Below, piece by piece: positions 1 to 8,117 of a DNA stretch of 12,921 nucleotides. Position 1 is the first letter of the stretch. The number at the start of each line of letters is the position of its first letter. The notes beneath the pieces are model-generated. The model had not been told where the DNA came from. It saw only the letters and a list, made by a program, of their open reading frames with translations, and ran no database searches. The stretch is from Tubiluchus corallicola (Eukaryota; Animalia; Priapulida). The translations under genes and the position numbers were made by a program. Where the stretch lies: contig JAQGDQ010002412.1 in assembly GCA_030141605.1 (NCBI GenBank), positions 52,888 to 65,808 of the forward strand. Direction: 5' to 3'.

Positions 1-282
1 GATGATGAAACAACAGGCATAGTAATGATAGGGGAGATAGGAGGCGGTATGGAAACGGAAGCAGCACGATGGATTAAGAAAAATCCAAAAAAGCCTGTGG
101 TTGGGTTTATTGCAGGGAGAACAGCTCCTCCAGGAAGACGAATGGGGCATGCAGGAGCAATTATTGGAGGGGTGGAAGATACGGCAGAAGCGAAAATAAA
201 AATCATGAAAACTTGTGGAGTACACATTGCAGAATCGCCAGCTGATATTGGAGCTGTTATGTTAAAAGCTTTAAATGGGTAG
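1..282 (+). CDS. sucD: Succinyl-CoA synthetase alpha subunit, C-terminal part (5' truncated by window edge)
   Basis: Frame 1 is open from base 1 ([15 protein letters not shown]...). Contains [30 protein letters not shown] (phospho-His motif GHAGA). Stop TAG at 280-282. Confidence 0.96.
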   Translation, partial: DDETTGIVMIGEIGGGMETEAARWIKKNPKKPVVGFIAGRTAPPGRRMGHAGAIIGGVEDTAEAKIKIMKTCGVHIAESPADIGAVMLKALNG

Positions 283-298
283 ACAAATTTTTTTGCAA

Positions 299-306
299 TA
301 GCTTTG
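299..306 (+). promoter_or_regulatory. Putative Bacteroidota housekeeping-sigma -7 element (TAnnTTTG) upstream of the GalK-like gene
   Basis: TAGCTTTG followed by C at 299-307, in the intergenic gap about 110 nt before the TTG start. No clean -33 TTTG at canonical spacing. Confidence 0.35.
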
Positions 307-417
307 CTGGTGATTTTTAGAAATGCTTAAATACTCTAATAAATCAGTACTATTTTGTCTTTAACGGCGTGATAACTAAGCAGGTGTTTTACTTTTATTA
401 ACGAAAACAAGAAACCC

Positions 418-1578
418 TTGGAAAAACAAGAGAAATTTATACAAAAAATCCATAACCAACTAGGAGAAAGGTTTCTGTTAGTACGTTCACCAATAGCAGT
501 AAATATTATGGGAGGACATACTGATTACAATGAAGGGATTACTGTTTCTACTGGTATTGACGAGATAGTATTGTTTGCTATCAAAGAAAACTTTTCTAGC
601 CAGTGCAAGGTGATTGCTAATGATTCACCTAAACCATATGTCTTTGATATTAATAAATTGCCCAACGATCCTATATACGTTTGGCAGAGTTATATTTTAG
701 AAATATTAAAAGAATTGAAAAACAGACGCTTTTTCTTGCGAGGAGTTGATTGTATGTTTTCTTATGATTCTCAGTTAGATATAGAATTTTCTTTTTATAG
801 TGCAATGGGTAGTGCTTTTTTATATGCTCTAAATAAGCTATTTGGCTTTAATATCCCGTTAGAGGAAATGACTTTAATTTTGCAACAAGTGGAGAAAAAA
901 GAGAAAAAAAACAAATATAATGGTACCACCTCTATCATCAATTTGTTTAGTCGAAAGAACACTTTGATGAAAGTTGACAATTACAGTCTGCAAAGAGAGT
1001 ATGTAAGTAATGGCTTATTTTCCAAATATAAATTTGTCTTTTGCGACTCAAAACAACAAACTTCTACAATTCTGTCAATGTATGAACAGAGGAAGAAAGA
1101 GTGTTTAGAAGCAGTAAACGTATTGAGTCAAGGATATCCTAATATTACGTCTTTAAGAAATGTTTCTTTTGAGCATTTTGACAGAAATAAATCTGCCCTT
1201 TCTACTACTTTATATAATAGGTGTAAATATGTATTGGAAGAGCATGAAAGAGTCACTAATGCATTTTTTTTATTACAACAAGAAAGTTTTAAAAATTTTG
1301 GGAGCCTAATGTTTAATTCTCATAAAGGACTTTCTCAGCTGTATGAAGTAAGTTGTAACAAGATTGATTTTTTAGTAAATACAGCTAAAAAAATAAAAGG
1401 GGTGATAGGAGCAAAGATGATGGATAAAGAGTTTTCAAAATACACTATTAATATAGTTAAAGAACAAAACTTTGGTAAGTTTATAGAACTAATGTCAGAA
1501 GAATATTATAAGAAATTTGATCAAGAATTGGAAATAATAAGAGTTTATTGTGCAAATGGGGTGCACGTTGTACAATAA
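418..1578 (+). CDS. Galactokinase-fold (GHMP) protein with degenerate catalytic motifs, likely pseudokinase
   Basis: 386 aa, TTG start, collinear with GalK: RSPIAVNIMGGHTDYNEG (cf. SPGRVNLIGEHTDYNxG), YEQRKKEC, SLRNV, RCKYVLEEHERV, FGSLMFNSHKGLSQLYEVSCNKIDFLV, GVIGAKMM. GHMP motif II (PxGxGLSSSAA), CGIMDQ and GGGFGG are absent. Confidence 0.85.
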   Translation: MEKQEKFIQKIHNQLGERFLLVRSPIAVNIMGGHTDYNEGITVSTGIDEIVLFAIKENFSSQCKVIANDSPKPYVFDINKLPNDPIYVWQSYILEILKELKNRRFFLRGVDCMFSYDSQLDIEFSFYSAMGSAFLYALNKLFGFNIPLEEMTLILQQVEKKEKKNKYNGTTSIINLFSRKNTLMKVDNYSLQREYVSNGLFSKYKFVFCDSKQQTSTILSMYEQRKKECLEAVNVLSQGYPNITSLRNVSFEHFDRNKSALSTTLYNRCKYVLEEHERVTNAFFLLQQESFKNFGSLMFNSHKGLSQLYEVSCNKIDFLVNTAKKIKGVIGAKMMDKEFSKYTINIVKEQNFGKFIELMSEEYYKKFDQELEIIRVYCANGVHVVQ

Positions 1579-1611
1579 TTTAACCTCATTCTATTTTATT
1601 ACTTATAGTGG

Positions 1612-2319
1612 ATGAAAAATAACAAGTTAGTTTCACGGAGAGATTGGATTAAGATTCTTACAATACCTGCAATTGGTAGCATGTGTAGAGTGGCAAAAGC
1701 TTCTTCTAATTATAGCCGTAAAGAACACCCCAAACAACATATTGTCATATCTGCTCTGCCTCAAGAAACCCAAGGTATAGTAGAAAGATATTTCCCTACT
1801 TACCACTCTGGAGTAGGGAAAGTAAATGCAGCCATAAAAACATTAGAAGTGCTAAATCGGTATGATTTTGGAAAAGATACCCCCATAAAAATAATTAACT
1901 TTGGTTCGGCTGGAAGTCAAAACTTACCTATTGGTAGCTTAGTGGATTGTACAAAGTTTGTGCAAAGAGATATGGATGTAACATCTATGGGGTTTGAAAA
2001 GTGGCAAACACCATTTGATAAACTGCCTAAAGTGTTGGACTTTAGCCAATATGATAACTTGATAAGTAAGCATGTTGTGTGTGGGAGTGGTGATAATTTT
2101 GTAGATGAAGTACAAATAAAAAAAGAGATGAAAGGCATAGAGGTTTTTGATATGGAAGCATATGCTATTGCAAAAGTTTGTTACATTTATAACATAGAGT
2201 TTGTTTCGTATAAATACGTTACTGATAATGTAGATGAAAATGCGGCAATAGATTGGCAAGAGAATCTTAATAAGGCCGTGTATAAATTTGAGAATGACGT
2301 ATTAAAAAAAATGGTGTGA
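1612..2319 (+). CDS. 5'-methylthioadenosine/S-adenosylhomocysteine nucleosidase family protein (PNP_UDP_1) with N-terminal Tat-like signal peptide
   Basis: ALPQE (catalytic Glu), SGVGKVNAA, INFGSAG, SGDNF, DMEAYAIAKVC, KYVTDNVDE (catalytic Asp). N-terminus SRRDWIK-ILTIPAIGSM-CRVAKA. Confidence 0.88.
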   Translation: MKNNKLVSRRDWIKILTIPAIGSMCRVAKASSNYSRKEHPKQHIVISALPQETQGIVERYFPTYHSGVGKVNAAIKTLEVLNRYDFGKDTPIKIINFGSAGSQNLPIGSLVDCTKFVQRDMDVTSMGFEKWQTPFDKLPKVLDFSQYDNLISKHVVCGSGDNFVDEVQIKKEMKGIEVFDMEAYAIAKVCYIYNIEFVSYKYVTDNVDENAAIDWQENLNKAVYKFENDVLKKMV

Positions 2320-2357
2320 AAAAGTTACGTTGAGATCTCCCTGAAAATCGATAATTA

Positions 2358-3510
2358 TTAGAGGTGTTTTACGTGTGCTCTAATCCACCTTTCTGGAATC
2401 TCTCCATTTTGAGCTGTTTGAAAATCAGAATAACTACAAGGAATATGTAGTTTTTTAGCATATTGTTCATCTAGTGAGGTTGGTATTTCCATCCACCATT
2501 TTTCACTTAATGTGTTTTTGTAAAATACAATGGTTTCTAACTTTTCTGCTATTGACACTATATACTTTACATAGTTACTTTCTTTAAAATTTCTCTCAAG
2601 TTTTCTATTATGAAATCCTTCTATAAAATACCATATCATCGTTGCTATCACTGATGCTGTTTTTTGATGAGGATCGTCAAGAGAGGGGTTATACTCATAA
2701 AAACCTATTGAGGTTAGTTGTTCATTAAGCCCTGCATACCAGCACATTTGGCATGCTTCTTCCCCTGTAAACCCAAATGGTGTAGCGTTGTTGTTAGCAG
2801 GAGCATCAGATGATTTTATAGCAGAAATATCAAAGCTTATTAAGTTTGCCTCTCTTATTATTGGCTCTATTTCAGATATGTCACTTTTAAATTGTCCAAG
2901 CCTATAATAGTCAAAGTTTAGTTTTTCTATTAATGATAAATTGCTTTGGCTAACTAAGTAGGATTGATAGCCTAACAATATTAAATTAAAAAGATAATTT
3001 GAAGAGTGTAAAAGTATTTTATGCAAAAAGTTTTCATTAGAAATCACATCATTATTTTGTGTATTAATATCTACTAGCGAATCTACAGTAAGTAATGTGA
3101 CGATTTTTTCTAATACTTCATAAGAAAGATATTGTCCAAATGTGTATTTATGGCTTCCTCCAATAATTATGGGAAGAACGTTTTTTTGCATTACAGCTGC
3201 ATACCTCCCTTAATCTAAAAATAGTTTCTTCTTCATTTATACCGTGTTGTAGGTTACCTAAGTCTACTATTTTATATTCATTTGCTCCTTTTTTTAACCT
3301 ATATAGCTTTTTTCTTATTTCATTAGACGGATTTTTTATATTAGCCTCATCAGTAGGGTTGTTTTCAAAACCTATTAAAGCAACTTTTGCATTTTTGTAG
3401 TCAGGAAAGTTTTTAGAAAAATATGATATATGATTACCTAATAAATCATGTTGCTCAAGCGTTTGATAAACTTCTTGTGAAATAGGAGACAAAAATAATT
3501 TTAGGCTCAT
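2358..3510 (-). pseudogene. Arginase/formimidoylglutamase (ureohydrolase) family gene split by one frameshift near 3181-3195 (pseudogene or sequencing error)
   Basis: ORF 3148..3510 gives the N-terminal part (IRKKLYRL, IVDLGNL). Overlapping ORF 2358..3191 continues in another frame (LPIIIGGSH, LGYQSY, RLG, SFDISAIKSSDAPA, PFGFTGEEACQMCWYAG, YEYNP, WYFIEGF, IPCSYSD, GEIPERW). The 1153-nt span is 1 nt more than a multiple of 3. Confidence 0.8.
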
Positions 3511-3588
3511 AATCTATTTGCGTCATATTAAGAAGAGACCCTTATTGGCGTCTCCATGTTTTCTTGTATTTTTTCTTGATTTGGTTGT

Positions 3589-4887
3589 TTACTCACCAAA
3601 ATCGTCAAATAAAATATTTTCCTTAGGAACTCCCAAATCATCTAACATTTTCAATACAGCGCCATTCATCATAGGAGGTCCACAAAAATAATACTCTATT
3701 TCTTCTGGTTCAGGATGATTTTTTAAATAATTGTCATACAATACTTGGTGTATAAATCCTACATATCCGTCACCATCTTTGTCATCTAAACTTTTCTTTA
3801 TTTTCCAATTATCCTCTTTTAGGGGTTCTGATAGTCCTATATGGAAGTTGAAATTAGGGAATGATTCTTCTATTTTTCTAAAATGATCCACATAAAAAAG
3901 TTCACGTTTAGAACGCCCTCCATACCAATAACTTACCTTCCGATTCGTTTTTTCTGTATGGAAAAGATGGAATATTTGAGAGCGTAAAGGTGCCATACCC
4001 GCACCACCACCAATGTAAATCATTTCTTTATCAGTGTCCTGAATGAAAAACTCTCCAAATGGCCCTGATATAGTAACTTTATCTCCAGGTTTTCTACTAA
4101 AAATATAAGATGAACATTTACCAGGGGAGACATTCATCCAAGTATTTTTCTTTTTATCCCAAGGAGGAGTAGCTACTCTTATATTAAGCATTACCACATC
4201 ACCTTCGGCAGGATGATTTGCCATAGAATAGGCTCTAAATACAGGCTCATCGTTTTTCATTTTCAAATCCCATAAACCAAATTTATCCCAATCAGATTTA
4301 TATATATCTTTAGGGTGTTTAAGGTCAGGGTGAGGTGTAATGTCTATAGTCTTAAAGTCTACTGAGCACTCAGGAACGTCTATTTGAATGTATCCACCTG
4401 ATTTAAAATTCAATTTTTCACCTTTTGGCAGTCTGACTAAAAATTCTTTTAGAAATGTAGACACATTGTAGTTGGAAATAACTTCACATTCTAGCTTTTT
4501 AATGCCAAATATCTCTTTTTCTACCTCTATATCCATATCGTTTTTTACCTTTACTTGGCAAGCAAGTCTCACATTATTTTTTTGCTCTGCACGAGACAAA
4601 TGTCCTGACTCTGTGGGTAGTACATCACCTGATCCTGACTTAACTATGCATTTACACATAGCACATGTGCCTCCTCCTCCACACGCAGAAGGCAAAAATA
4701 TTTTATTATTACTCAAAGTAGTTAATAGGGTACTTCCAGCTGCTGTAACTAATTTTTTTTCTTCATTGACAAGAATAGTTACATTACCTTGTTGTACCAA
4801 TTTTGATTGAGCAAATAGCAACAGTGTAGTTAACAATATTATCGTTACTGTAAATATTATGATTGAACTTAAAATTATAGGGGTCAT
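3589..4887 (-). CDS. nqrF: Na+-translocating NADH:quinone reductase subunit F
   Basis: N-terminal TM helix; 2Fe-2S motif [12 protein letters not shown]...RLACQ; FAD-binding RAYSMANHP; NAD-binding [12 protein letters not shown]; YFCGPPMM; terminal DDFG. Confidence 0.95.
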   Translation of the reverse strand: MTPIILSSIIIFTVTIILLTTLLLFAQSKLVQQGNVTILVNEEKKLVTAAGSTLLTTLSNNKIFLPSACGGGGTCAMCKCIVKSGSGDVLPTESGHLSRAEQKNNVRLACQVKVKNDMDIEVEKEIFGIKKLECEVISNYNVSTFLKEFLVRLPKGEKLNFKSGGYIQIDVPECSVDFKTIDITPHPDLKHPKDIYKSDWDKFGLWDLKMKNDEPVFRAYSMANHPAEGDVVMLNIRVATPPWDKKKNTWMNVSPGKCSSYIFSRKPGDKVTISGPFGEFFIQDTDKEMIYIGGGAGMAPLRSQIFHLFHTEKTNRKVSYWYGGRSKRELFYVDHFRKIEESFPNFNFHIGLSEPLKEDNWKIKKSLDDKDGDGYVGFIHQVLYDNYLKNHPEPEEIEYYFCGPPMMNGAVLKMLDDLGVPKENILFDDFGE

Positions 4888-4912
4888 ACTGTTTTTATTA
4901 TTATTTTGTAAT

Positions 4913-5131
4913 CTAGTTGTTTTTTGTCTTTTTACTATTTGTTTTCATCGCAAAAATGAACGAAATAAAGCCTAAAAATATTACAATAAAAGATGTAAGG
5001 AATATAGCATTACTTGCTGTTTCTTGGCTTTTAATGTACATGCTAACTGGTGGGGCTCCTATGATTACTGCTATTGCAAGTATGAACATTAAAAATAAAA
5101 TAACAGAGGTTAGTTTTAGTGTTGATAGCAT
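4913..5131 (-). CDS. Small hypothetical membrane protein (two predicted TM helices)
   Basis: 72-aa ATG ORF filling the accD-nqrF gap on the same strand (12 nt after accD stop, 25 nt before nqrF start). Two hydrophobic stretches and a Lys-rich C-tail. Confidence 0.6.
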   Translation of the reverse strand: MLSTLKLTSVILFLMFILAIAVIIGAPPVSMYIKSQETASNAIFLTSFIVIFLGFISFIFAMKTNSKKTKNN

Positions 5132-5143
5132 ATTTTTTAATTT

Positions 5144-5986
5144 TTATTGTTGTAATAATTTTAGTAATAATACCAATTGAGTTTTCAGTTGCCTTCTATC
5201 TACAATGAAATCAATAAACCCTTTTTCAAGCAAAAATTCTGCTGACTGAAATCCTTTTGGCAACTCTTTACCTATGGTTTCTCTTATTACTCTTGGTCCA
5301 GCAAAACCTATAAGTGATTTTGGTTCGGCAATATTGAAATCTCCTAGCATAGCAAAGGAAGCAGTTACCCCTCCTGTTGTTGGGTCTGTTAAAACAGAAA
5401 TATAAGGAATCTTTGCTTTGTCTAATAACGAAAGCTTGGCAGATGTTTTTGCCATTTGCATTAGAGAAAACCCTGCTTCCATCATTCTGGCTCCGCCAGA
5501 CTTTGATATTAATATAAAGGGCAATTTTTTGTTTAGTGCTACATCAATAGCTTTAGATATTTTTTCTCCTACCACACATCCCATAGAACCACCAATAAAA
5601 GAGAAATCCATGCAAGCAATAACTACTCCTATATTAGAGATTTTTCCTACGGCTGTTCTTACTGCGTCTTTTAGTTGGGTTTTTTCTTTAGTGTTTTTTA
5701 ATCTATTTTTGTAGGATATTTTATCTGTAAACGATATTAGGTCTACCGCTTGCATATTAGCATTTAACTCATCAAATTTATTGTCGTCAAAAAGTATTTC
5801 AAAATACTCCTTTGAACCAATTTTCACATGATATCCATCGTCAGAGGACACATAGCAATTTTGTTTTAATTCTCTTGCATGAATTATTTTTCCAGATGGG
5901 ACCTTATGCCATAAACCGTCAGGGACATCTTTTTTTTCTTGAGTAGGCGTTTGAATACCTTTATCTTTTCGTAAGAACCATTTCAT
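5144..5986 (-). CDS. accD: Acetyl-CoA carboxylase carboxyltransferase beta subunit
   Basis: [79 protein letters not shown]. Start placed at ATG 5986 ([11 protein letters not shown], typical AccD N-terminus) rather than TTG 6016, which lies inside the promoter element. Confidence 0.96.
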   Translation of the reverse strand: MKWFLRKDKGIQTPTQEKKDVPDGLWHKVPSGKIIHARELKQNCYVSSDDGYHVKIGSKEYFEILFDDNKFDELNANMQAVDLISFTDKISYKNRLKNTKEKTQLKDAVRTAVGKISNIGVVIACMDFSFIGGSMGCVVGEKISKAIDVALNKKLPFILISKSGGARMMEAGFSLMQMAKTSAKLSLLDKAKIPYISVLTDPTTGGVTASFAMLGDFNIAEPKSLIGFAGPRVIRETIGKELPKGFQSAEFLLEKGFIDFIVDRRQLKTQLVLLLKLLQQ

Positions 5987-6013
5987 TGTTGCTATGTAAG
6001 TGAAATATGTTAG

Positions 6014-6021
6014 CAAATATA
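6014..6021 (-). promoter_or_regulatory. Bacteroidota -7 promoter element for accD and possibly its downstream genes
   Basis: Minus strand reads TATATTTG(C), an exact TAnnTTTG match, 27 nt upstream of the accD ATG in the divergent accD/GT9 intergenic region. Confidence 0.6.
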
Positions 6022-6094
6022 TTTTACTTCGTAAAAAAATAAAAGTAATTGTTAAATTTTATTAAATATAATTTTTATTTAATGTGCTTATTTT

Positions 6095-6102
6095 CATTTT
6101 TG
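6095..6102 (+). promoter_or_regulatory. Possible -7-like element for the GT9 gene
   Basis: CATTTTTG(CA), one mismatch to TAnnTTTG, 12 nt before ATG 6115. Confidence 0.3.
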
Positions 6103-6114
6103 CAATAAAAATAT

Positions 6115-7146
6115 ATGAATAGAGAGAGGAAACACAGGGTATTAATTATTCAAACAGCGTTTATAGGTGATGTTATACTTGCGACTGCTTTGATTGAAAA
6201 AATTAGAGGTTTTTGGGGTGAAAATGTAGATATTGATTTTTTGCTACGAAAAGGGAATGACGCTCTTTTAGAACAAAATCCAAATGTCAATAAATTGTTT
6301 GTTTGGAATAAAAGAGAAAATAAATTGGTAGCGTTATATAAGCTAATCCTTGCAATTCGCTCTCGGAAATATGATTACGTGGTTAATGTTCAGAGGTTTG
6401 CCACAACAGGGCTTATTACTTGTTTATCTGGAGGAAAGATAAAAGTTGGATTTAATAAGAATCCATTTTCAATATTTTTTAGCAAAAGGATAAAACATGT
6501 CCTTAATGATGTCAATTCGCCTCATGAAGTGAAAAGAAATCAGGGGTTGATAGAGTTTTTTACAGATGGTATATTTTTCAAACCTAAATTATATTTTTCG
6601 AATAAAGATAAGCAAAAGATAGCACCATATCAAAATGTAGGTAATTATATTACTGTTTCTCCTGCATCTGTATGGTTTACTAAACAGCTTGCAAAGGAAA
6701 AATGGATAGAGTTTTTGAATAAATTAGACGGTAGTTTAAACGTATATTTGTTAGGAGGGGAGGGAGATAGAGCGTTGTGTGAGTATATAAAAAATGAAAC
6801 GATACATAGAAACACAAAAGTATTATGCGGTAAGTTGTCTCTTTTAGAATCTGCAGCATTAATGCAAAAGGCTTTGTTGAATTATGTGAATGATTCCGCT
6901 CCTATGCATCTTGCAAGTGCTGTCAACGCTCCATGTTGCTCTGTGTTTTGCTCTACAGTGCCTGCCTTTGGTTATACGCCATTATCAGACTTTTCAAAAG
7001 TAGTGGAAGTAGGGGAGAAGTTGCCTTGTCGTCCGTGTGGTATTCATGGCAAAAAAGTATGTCCAAAAAGCCATTTTAAATGTGCACTTAATATTTCTAT
7101 CAAACAATTATTAATAGCGTTAGAGAAGGCACGTAGTGTTCTGTAG
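6115..7146 (+). CDS. Glycosyltransferase family 9 (LPS heptosyltransferase WaaF/RfaF-like)
   Basis: LIIQTAFIGDVILAT, NPNV, HEVKRN, PASVWFTKQL, LCGKLSLLESAAL, NDSAPMHLASA, CRPCGIHG..CP..HFKC. Confidence 0.9.
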   Translation: MNRERKHRVLIIQTAFIGDVILATALIEKIRGFWGENVDIDFLLRKGNDALLEQNPNVNKLFVWNKRENKLVALYKLILAIRSRKYDYVVNVQRFATTGLITCLSGGKIKVGFNKNPFSIFFSKRIKHVLNDVNSPHEVKRNQGLIEFFTDGIFFKPKLYFSNKDKQKIAPYQNVGNYITVSPASVWFTKQLAKEKWIEFLNKLDGSLNVYLLGGEGDRALCEYIKNETIHRNTKVLCGKLSLLESAALMQKALLNYVNDSAPMHLASAVNAPCCSVFCSTVPAFGYTPLSDFSKVVEVGEKLPCRPCGIHGKKVCPKSHFKCALNISIKQLLIALEKARSVL

Positions 7147-7171
7147 GCGAATCGTTTATAGTTTAATTTTG

Positions 7172-8107
7172 CTATTTTTGTACTTCTATATTTCTTTTTA
7201 TATTCTTAAATCCAGGACGCTTAAGGGGTGACTTATCGAATAAGACATCAAATTGTTGTGGAGTTAAATTATGCCATGTTTCTTTATTAAAATTTTTTAG
7301 TTCTTCTGGAGCATTAAAGTCTGTTTCATTGTGCACAATAGAAAATTTATTCCAAGGGCAAACATCTTGACATATATCACAGCCAAATATCCAGTCCTGC
7401 ATGCTATTCTTTAAGTTGTTAGAAATATTGCCTTTATACTCTGTTGTTGTAAGATAAGAAACACACTTTCGGGCGTCTATAACTCTATCTTTTACAATGG
7501 CATTGGTGGGGCAAGCGTTGATACATGCAGTACAAGTGCCGCAATGATTCTTTCTATTTGGTTGGTCATAATCTAGCTGTATATTAAGTAGAATTTCTGA
7601 AAGAAAGAAAAAGCTTCCTGCTTGTTTGTTGATTAATAAGCTGTTTTTTCCAATCCATCCCAGACCGCTTTTTACTGCCCACTGACGTTCCATGATTGGG
7701 GCAGAGTCAACAAAGCACCTTCCTTCTATGTGGTTTCCAAACTTTTTCTTTATTTGTTCTAAAATGCCTTTTAGCTTTTTCTTTATTACCTTATGATAAT
7801 CTTTTCCATAGGCGTATTTAGATATTTTGTAATTATTGCTTTTTGAGAGTTGATTTTTGGGATAATAGCTATGCAGGAATGATATTATGGATTGGCAATT
7901 TGGAAATAGTTTTCTTGGGTCAAGCCGTTTTTTAAAGTTCCTCTCCATATATGCCATCTCTCCATGCATACTTTTGTCCAACCAGTTTTTTAACGAACTT
8001 TCATTTTCTTTTAAAAACTCTGCTTTAGAGACTCCACAAAGCATAAATCCATTTAGTTTTGCTTGCTCCTTTATCCATTGAGACACATTTTGCTTTGATG
8101 GAGACAT
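7172..8107 (-). CDS. queG: tRNA epoxyqueuosine(34) reductase QueG
   Basis: HGEMAYM...RLDP, ISKYAYGKDYH, VDSAPIMER, GLGWIGKN, GSFFFL, CGTCTACINACPT, DARKC, FGCDICQDVCPWN. Confidence 0.95.
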   Translation of the reverse strand: MSPSKQNVSQWIKEQAKLNGFMLCGVSKAEFLKENESSLKNWLDKSMHGEMAYMERNFKKRLDPRKLFPNCQSIISFLHSYYPKNQLSKSNNYKISKYAYGKDYHKVIKKKLKGILEQIKKKFGNHIEGRCFVDSAPIMERQWAVKSGLGWIGKNSLLINKQAGSFFFLSEILLNIQLDYDQPNRKNHCGTCTACINACPTNAIVKDRVIDARKCVSYLTTTEYKGNISNNLKNSMQDWIFGCDICQDVCPWNKFSIVHNETDFNAPEELKNFNKETWHNLTPQQFDVLFDKSPLKRPGFKNIKRNIEVQK

Positions 8108-8117
8108 GATAAAGATG

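Noticed and set aside
892-911. GAGAAAAAA tandem repeat with an A8 tract inside the GalK-like gene, as a possible compensated frameshift or phase-variation site hiding CGIMDQ
   Set aside because: The main frame keeps the expected spacing relative to GalK, and the +1 frame (TNIMVPP) does not restore the motif. A-tracts are common throughout this AT-rich window.
3535-3554. GAGAC-N10-GTCTC inverted repeat between nqrF and the ureohydrolase gene
   Set aside because: Only a 5-bp stem with no adjacent U-tract on the transcribed minus strand; too weak to call a terminator.
5987-6016. TTG-initiated 10-aa N-terminal extension of AccD given in the ORF track
   Set aside because: The TTG is part of the TATATTTG -7 promoter element, and ATG 5986 gives the typical AccD N-terminus.
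7021-7083. Four-Cys cluster (CRPC..CP..C) at the GT9 C-terminus as a novel metal-binding domain
   Set aside because: This is a common C-terminal feature of WaaF-like GT9 proteins.
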